From Balanoglossus misakiensis (taxonomy: Eukaryota; Animalia; Hemichordata), in NCBI GenBank assembly GCA_040954595.2, contig CM082576.2, positions 4,562,760 to 4,626,759 of the forward strand: 64,000 bases of DNA. The letters run 5' to 3'. Positions 52,401 to 61,400 of the stretch are shown in pieces. The translations under genes and the position numbers were made by a program. The notes beneath the pieces are model-generated. The model saw only the letters and a list, made by a program, of their open reading frames with translations, had not been told where the DNA came from and ran no database searches. The stretch's first letter is position 1. Each line of letters starts with the position of its first letter.

Positions 52401-55400
52401 TCGCATTTTTGGTGGGCTGAGGACGGACACTGGGGCATCAGACTTTGACCGTCATTACGTAATGTTGTGGAGATCTCATTAGCACGCTACTCACTTCTGG
52501 CGGGTTGCAGTAGTCCTTGGAAAATCGGCTGAAATACGTAAACAGACCAGTGATTATTTTCCACGGAATGAATTTTGGGATAACACATTATCGGAGTTCA
52601 GGCTGTGTTAGGGCGTTTTATTGAATTACGCTGAGTTTGTTAGCTGTTGCCGTTCAAATGTTTCTATCTAGACCCGGCTACACTGGTTAACATTCAATGT
52701 AATGCGGCAGCGGACTTTGACCCTCAGTCGCTAATGTGGCCGAAATACGTCAGCAGACCAATGATTTTCTTGCACGAAGGGAGTATGGTACCAGCAATAA
52801 TCAGAGATCAGGCTTCTTTGCCGTTCAACACTTCCTACTTCAGTCGTGACGTTGCAACTGAACGTTCAGTATGGGGTTCGGCCCGCAGGTGGCCGTGGGG
52901 GTTATCAGGTCGCCCGTAATGGCACGCAGCTTCATGCAGCTGTATGGGACCAAAATAATACGCCCGATTCGGGGGTCACCTGTGACACCTGCGTAACTCA
53001 ATTATGAGCATGCGTAATTGTGGGGTCAATGAAAGGGATGCTAGTGTGGTATTTGTTGCAAATGGATCAATATGAAGTCCGATTTTCCTGTGAAGTTAGG
53101 CTGCATTCACAAAATCCTCAGGTGGGGGGGGGGCAGGAGAATTGAGGGGGGGATTTGAAAAAATTGAGGGTATGTAAGGGGGGGATTTGAACTAATTTAG
53201 GGATTGAAAGGGGGGGGGGACTTGAAAACTTTGACGACTAAATATTTATTTTGAGTCCACAAAAATGCAGTTTCGCGCCCTTTATTTTACAAAATTTTCT
53301 AATGGGGAGGGGGACACCCCCTCCCACACCCACCCCCTCCATTCATCAACACCTTTCAATCATTGATTGGTTTATCTAGTGTCCCAGGTTTGGGGACTTG
53401 CCCCAACCCCATGATAACTCTGAGCGTCGACGGTTAAATTTGTCCTCCCCAACATACCGGTAGTTGAGTTAATTTGCCTTTGCCGGGTTCATTAAAATGC
53501 AGCTTTGAGCTCTGTATTTTATAAAATTTTCTTACGTGCACACGCTCCCAAACCCACCCCCTTCAATTCTCGGTTTACAATGTCTCCCAACACAGGATAC
53601 AAATACTTAAAAAATGGGAGCGCTGTTTTTCTTTTTTTACAAGATAGATACTAGGTGATCTGTTTTGCTCTGTGAAAGAAAATGGGGAGGGGGGGATTTC
53701 AAAATTTTGGCAGTTCGGAAGGGGGGGATTTGAAATTTTTCGGGTTGTGTACGGGGGGCATGTGAAAATTAGCGGTAAAAAAATTGAATTCTCCCCCCCC
53801 CCCCCCCCTCAAGAGGTGTTTGTGAATGCAGCCTTATGGGCGATCTTATGTGACATTTCACCTACTTTTGCTTAGTGAGCATCCACAGCAGATGCATGCG
53901 GCTTTGGCGTGGGGGGGGGGGGGGGGGGGGCATATACGGATGGGACCATAAAGATATACCAAAGGCGGGGTCACCTGTTGCACCTGCCTAAGTCATTGAT
54001 TTTGTACATTTAATTGGACACTAACCAACAGGGCAATAGGTGTGGTTTTTGTTCCACAGGGACGAATGTAAGTGTCAGTTTGTTTTTGCCCAAATGTATA
54101 AGTTGATTTGGATGACCTCTGACGTACAGTGCCATATCTCAGCCCGTTGTACAAGTGCAGCTTTGGTATTCGGAGCGAAACTATCATGAAATGCCAAATA
54201 CAGGGGGATACCTGCGACACCTGCTTGATTCATGTATTACGTGCATACCTAATGGTAGGCAAAGTGAAAGGGCTGCAAATGTAGGATTTGTTGCACATGA
54301 CATAAACAGGAATGAACATTTTTTGTCAAATTTTTGGGTGACATCAGGTGTCCATTGACCTGCTTTCCATATGTTAGCATGCACATCATGTATAGCCAGG
54401 TGTTTGGAGGGGTAGGGTAGGACCCTCTGCGTCATGAAATGCTAAATTTTAGGGGCTACCTGTAACTTACTAGCGTAACTCATTATTATGGCCATATCTA
54501 ATTTGACAAACCCAAACAGCGAGGATTTTCCGTTGTCTTGAATATGAACCAAATAAGAATCCTAATTTTTGGCCCAATTTTTGGATACCCTCAGCTGACC
54601 TTTGAAGTAACTGAAGTACTTACAACGTAGAAGTTCACCTTTGGTTGTTGTGTTTGTATTTGTAAGACATCCATTTCGGGTGGTTGCCTACTTCCCCATA
54701 TCTCCACATCCAGAGCAAATACAGCCTACGCATTTCAATGGTACAACCCTGAATGGAGTCTAATAGTTATTAACTCTATGCTTGGGCTCCTTCAACGCTG
54801 CTTGCAGCTTTAATTTGAGACTTGTCGTTTCTTGACAAACACCAATCCAGTGACACTCATCAAGTCAAGTGACATACAGTCCCACCTTCTCCAGGAAACT
54901 GACCAGGATGTGGCATCCAAACACATAATTCAAGACCAGCTGAGGCAGACTGTCTCCTCCAGTCCTCTTCAAGAAATTATGACTTCATGTGCTAAATCAC
55001 TGTGCTAAGTCAATATTTTCCTGTAAACATTTCAAATGGTCACCACCAGTATTGTAACACCACTCTATCATAAAACTGTTTTGCCCAGTTGTATTTACAC
55101 TCATGTTCATCTTAGAAATTAACGGTTCGACAAAAAGTGAAAAGTCTGTGAAGTGGCTATAGTGAAATGGTCAGAATGACTCTATCGTCAATTTTTGTTA
55201 TCGCAGCATTCTTCAGTTGTCACACCAAGAGTAGCCTCTCTGTCTACACCGTGAAAATTCCACTCTCCGGTGACACGAGCGACCTCTCGTCCACTTCTCT
55301 GAATGCTTAACCCGTATGAAAGATCGGTCTTGTGCAAATAGGAGCTTTACCTCCGCTTTCAAGCAGATGGCCAAATGTGGTCACCTGTTCAATAATTTTG

Positions 55401-58400
55401 CGAAAACAAATGTTGGAGAGCGGAAATGGTACTAGCTAGTACGTGTGTGCTGGTGTTAATTTACGGACGATGACTTGTAGAAAGTAAAGAAACAAATAAA
55501 CAAACAACCACAAACCAGTGTCTGCAGCCAAATTCATTTATTCATCAATCTTGCTTTCTCTCTCTCACAAAAGTGTCGTAGACTCAAAATTTTGTATCAC
55601 AAACATCATTTGCAGTTTCTCAAAAAGTTTGGCTCCAGAAACTTTGTAAAACATGAGAAAGCTGCCCAAAAGTTTTACACACAACTTTTAGGGAGAAGCT
55701 TTGAAAAATAAAAATAGTTTTATAGTGAAGGCAGTGTAGAGACCTCAGATGAAGAATGCAAGTGAAATCCTCATTTTGACAGAAAAAAATGTTTATTTTC
55801 ATTTCAGCTGGTTCAATGTTCCGGGCGACTGAAATTGAAGAGTTCATCCAACAGCAAAGGCTATAACGTGGAAGGCCTGATATGTATTTGCCGACCAGCG
55901 CAGCCCAGTCCGATTTTGGAGATTCGAATGGACGGTAATATGTTCATGAGTCGACATAATCTGGATATGAGTTTCACATTCTGCGACCCAAGGTGAGTTT
56001 TTGTGACTGACTGGTAGTGTTGACAAAAAAAAGGTTTCGAATTGGACGGCGTCCGAGTGACGCGGGGAGTTACGTACGTCACGTTCTCCTCGTTGAGATG
56101 TCGCCGCCGGTAGTTCATTAACCTCCGCGTTTCGTTCACAGTGTACTTTGTGAGTCATAAACCAAAGAACACAGTCCACAGTGCGTCTCTCAACAATATT
56201 TTTCCCCCAATCACTGAAAGCGATTCAACTTCCTCTTGGAACACGTTGCGCTCTGCAAACACAAAATCTGATCAGTGTAAATACAGCGTCAGCCATCTTG
56301 TTTTCAGCCGAACCGAACACCAGATCAAGGTTAATTGTGCACTATGTACGAGATATACATATATCATTTAGCATCATCTGGAAGGGATATCTCTAAGATG
56401 TTGTAATTATATATTTTTAAAATAAAAGAAAATGTTAAATGAATAAAAAACATGGAGTTTGTTCAAAGGAAGTTCCTCTGACAGTAAAATAAAAATGCTT
56501 GTTAAGTTTGGTGTAGTCAGGTACATGTACGTATGTAGGTGTATAAATGCCCATTTCATCTCCCCCAAGTGTTCAACTGAGATATTTGCGCTAATTTCAG
56601 TAAACAAAAGTAGACCTACAGGTTACCATATAACCTGTTTGCGAAAATAAGGCGATTAATGAAATTGATTCAGTTTGCGTGATTGCCTGGAGATCGAAAA
56701 ATTGCTGGTACGTGCCACAAAGAAGAGCTTTGTGGAGGAAATGTTTGACTGGGTTGCCTACAATGAAGGTTGCTAGTAGAGCTCACGTCGAACCCTTGCA
56801 ACTTCTTCTTGGGCACCCATTGTTTTTGTCTTTGTTGCAAGATTTATCCAAATAAATGTCCACAAAGTCATCGATTGACTTTTGCATTCTTAGTGGTATA
56901 ACAATCTTTACATTGTTACTTTATTTCATAAAAGGAAAATATTTTTAAGTCTGATGAAAAATGTGTAACCCATGTATGTGAGAAAGTCTATTATTGTTGT
57001 TGAAAACCATGGTACGTATTTGCTTTCACGAATATGAAATGTCTTGTTTATCCTCATTGCAGAATTATTACATTAGTTGGGTATGAGCCACATGAATTAA
57101 TTGGGAAAACTGCCTACCAATTCCACAACCCGTTGGATGTTGGCAAGATCAGTAGCTGTCATTCAAATTGTAAGTAATCATATTCAACTAGCGCACGTCA
57201 CCTGAAAGTGTGTAGATATTTATTGTTCATACATTTGGGAGGAGATTATGAATAATATCCTTTTTTTTTAAACAAAGAGAGACAATTAAGACCACTGAAT
57301 ACATGTAGGTCTTCAGATAAGGAAGCCATGGATACCAACAGAATGAATTATTCTTCGTGTTTTGCTGTATCCAATGATGTGTGTAATATGAATAGTGTGA
57401 AGCCACATATGCTGTGATGAAACGCCGTGCAACCACATCCTCCTCTGACCGCAACTGAGAAATATTTCAGAGTATATTAAAGGCAGCTCGCCAGGTTTTT
57501 TTAAGGCTTCTTCAAAAATGTGCATCTTTCATCGTGCTGTTTTTTACGTCCTCTTGACGTCAAGAAACCAGCGGATAAGACAGACAGTGTGCGGTCTTGT
57601 TTGAAAACAAGAAACACATCAACAGTGCGTTGCCAACATTTCCTGCAAACATGTTTTGCTTTGCTCCAAAGGATGTACTATAGTTATTTTGCTCAAAACC
57701 GAGTGTTATTGTGTTTTGGCGGCTTCGATAAGGATAAGGAAATTAATCTTTTTTGTTGTTGTGTGAATCCCACATACATTGGCAATTGACTGTATGGCGA
57801 TTTTTGAAATTCTGTAAATTCCATAAATTTTGCACATAAGAGTTGTGAAGATGATGATTGCTGTTTGAGGCTAGTGAAGTTAAGCCTGAATGGACATGTA
57901 CACTGGAGCATATACTATTTTCACAACGAAACACATTAAAGTATTTGAGATACATGTATGCAATTTGCCTTACCATGTACCTGTAATTGCATTTTGATAA
58001 TCGGTGCAAATCGCTAAAATCATTTGTTGTACTTTTTTATCGGACATGCCCCTTCTCCTAGTGAACCGAAGTAAAACTAATTTCTTGTGACCAGTGAATT
58101 CACAAAGTACTTTTGTCAATTCACAGTAATTTGAAGAAAGTCTTGCTTAGCTTTATAAATAGAAAGAAATGTTCACTCTGTTAATTTCTGTTGTCGAGGC
58201 ATTTGTGTGTCACACACGCATGGGCCATCATCTTCAGCGTTTCCCCCCGGAGAAGACTGTAGAGATCTTTCTCTCCGTTGCTTGCAATGTGCGTACGTGT
58301 GTTGGATACGACATACCACCATCCCACTTTCTCAGCCTCCACTGTTTTTGTGTTCACAGTGATTGTGAAAGGCACCAGCGTCAGCAAGTACTACAGATTT

Positions 58401-61400
58401 CTCGGCAAGAACAGCGACTGGATATGGATGCAGACCAGGGCAACCATTATCTACAACACCAGCAATGAAGCGCAGTATGTTGTCTGCCAAAATTACGTCA
58501 TAGGGTAAGTTTTGACTCCTGCTTGCTCGCGTGTGCTGACTGTTGTTCGTGAAGAATAATAACTGCATTCTTCAGAGCGTCTTAATGCTTGGCAGGTGTA
58601 TACGGTACCACATGTACTAGTCATCTGTAATTTTTGTCTGCTGTGAGGTACAGCAGTTATCTTTTGACTGATGTATGATTCATTTCTTGCCGACTCAAAA
58701 ACCACTTTTGACAAAAAAGTGATGCAGATGATTTTCTCCAAGCTAATCTTGTCATGGTGTCACTTTCTTCAAGTGTGCTCCATGGGTGAATTGAACATAC
58801 CCACTGGCTCCTACCCACCCCTACCCACCCCTACCCAACATACGCCCACCCACCCACGACAAGACTTGAAAACCCTTTCACGCCAATCTGTTCTTTTAGA
58901 GTTCCAACTGTACCTTAAGGATATACAGTGGATTTCGGACTAGACCATGGTGGTGAAGGGGGTAAATGTGGTTCAAATGGCCATTTTCTGTTTCAAGTCG
59001 ACTTTCCCGGCCCCACAGCTGCTGAGTCTTTGCATGGCAACCACCAATTAGTGTAGTTCCAGCCATTATCAAATAGGGTAGACTTTGTAAACGTGACTGA
59101 GTCTGGTCTATAATTCTCAGAATTTGAAACTCGATCGTTCACACGGAGAGGTACCGGTACATGTATTTCAATGAAGCATCATCAGCCTCTCAATTGGAGG
59201 TTGGTTCTCATTCACTCCGGTTGGTGTTTATCTGTTTAATTGAAACATCTTTTCCTGGAAATCTAAAGAAATGCTTTTTTGAGCTGGGAAAAATGAATTA
59301 TTTGTGAATCATGGTCACAAACTAGGAAGTGACCAAGGCTGGATGCTTGCGTAATATAAGGTACTTACACCCATACCGGTATATGGCTGAAATGGCATAT
59401 TTGAGCGTTCTAAAGAACATATGGTGGCGCTCTTTTTTTCAAGTGTGCCACCCACTGAAAATCTGTGATTGGCTAGATCTCAATTTGCCATGCTAACCAT
59501 AGCTAATTTTCCATATGTCAGAGCCATCTGATTTCAGAGAAGTGACTCTGGTTACATGAAAGAGAAATCGTGATGTGAAGACGTGGTTGCGTAAGAGATG
59601 GGTAGAGGGTTCAGATTATGTAGGGCAGGCTTTGTACGCTCATGGAAAGTCTTTTAAAGTCTCCCAAAATTCACATTTTACCCCTCAAAATTAAGTCCTG
59701 GAGATTTTAGTAAGCATCCCATGCTGTCTAAACACTGGTCATCACAAATCTGGACAAATTACTACACAATCACTGCTGAAACAGACTTTTTCACCTCAAC
59801 TGGAAAATCAGTCCAGAAAGGACCTTGAATTGTAATTGAACTCTGTGTAGGAGTACCGTATGGTGACGTAATATTTTTCTCTTCTCTCATTGAAGAAGGT
59901 CAAATCTGTTTAATCTCGCTGCAGCAAAAATAGTCATTGCAATTCAATAGACCTAGCATTATGACCAATCAATGGGGTAACAGTGAGGTGAGATCATGAT
60001 TAAATTTGCTAAATTGAATGTCTTTGTTTGAGGTGACCTTGTCCACTCGGCTGAAGTCACACCTCTTTTGAGCTCCGGCCAGTAACTGCGTGATGATGAC
60101 AGAAATCCATTGGGGCAAATGGCACTCATTAGCGTGAAGGTCAGCTGCCTTTATGAAGTTCATCTTTAGGACATAGCTGTCAGAGTGGACACGTAGTTGT
60201 ACGTGGAATGGTTTCTCTGCCAACCTGAGCTGCTGGGCTGTGTGGAGAAAATACAACTCGGAAATATATCGGATTGTTTTGAATCATTTGTGTCTAGGAC
60301 TAGGAGTTGAGGTAGGGTTTAATGTGAGTGGTCAATTCAAATCAATTCAGTTGTTTCCGTGTCCAAACTATTTATTATTGTAATTTAAACAATGCTTTCA
60401 AAATATGAGTTTCCCCCCAAATTGTCGATACAGTTTCTCTTTGACTTACAGTACCGGTAGTACCCGGTACATGTACATGTACTGTATGTTTTCATCTGTC
60501 CCAGTAGAACGGACATCACTTTTCAAACATACAGTACATGTCTTTGTGTATGTCTTTGTGTATAGCATGTGTTTTTGATGTTAAGGGGTGTGTATTTGTC
60601 AATGCTAATGTGGTGTCTGGTCCAAATGAAAGTGACTTGTCTATTAGGTGAAACAGGTAAACGGATGTGTGGAATTTATTTCATTAGTCCTGATCAGGAT
60701 ATATTGAACTAGTACATGGGCCATCGTTGGAAATACCGGTAGACATATTAATGAATAAAATATTATATTGACTTTTATCAATTGAAAGTTGAAAACTATG
60801 TTTGAGGGTTATTATTTTTTGTCAAAATAAGACAATAATTATGTTTTTCCAAAAATCTAATGTTTTTTCAGTGTAGTATGGACCACATTTCAAAACTTGT
60901 TTAAACTTGATATGTGCTTTTAAGGTTAATGGGAAGTATAGCAACTTCCTGTGTTTTGATATTTAAGGGCGATTTTTCACATTTGTTTGACACTTCAGAC
61001 AAGCTGTGTAGATTTCAAGAGTCCAAGTCAACAATGCGTTGAAGAAAATTAGCACGTTTCGACAGAGAATCAACAGATGAATGGTTTTCAAAGACATCCT
61101 TGCATTCTTGAAATGTAAAATGAGTATACTAAATGTTGACATGTGAATCCTGTAATGTACTAATGACCCCATCTAAATGTTATCATCTGAACTAGTACCA
61201 GTGGGTGCATTGGTACTCGAGAATTCCTTTGACTGGATAGATTACGGTTGCCCAATCCCCACACTCCCCAAAGAAAATGTAAAAGAAAAGGACTGAAATT
61301 TGTCTAAATGTCAACTGTACAGGTGTTGTAGTCATCTGTAGTTACCCATTCTTCAGGGCTGGTCTCCTATTGGTCGCTGAATGTGCTGTTTTTTTATACC

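Noticed and set aside
10220-52463. Five perfect RTTAYGTAAY D-box matches across the window
   Set aside because: About two are expected by chance in AT-rich DNA and one lies in a transposon; only those near the promoter were kept as context.
45369-58504. Assigning the symbol HIF1A, EPAS1, SIM or NPAS3
   Set aside because: Similarity is to the group as a whole, diagnostic HIF ODD motifs are not visible, and a phylogeny is required.
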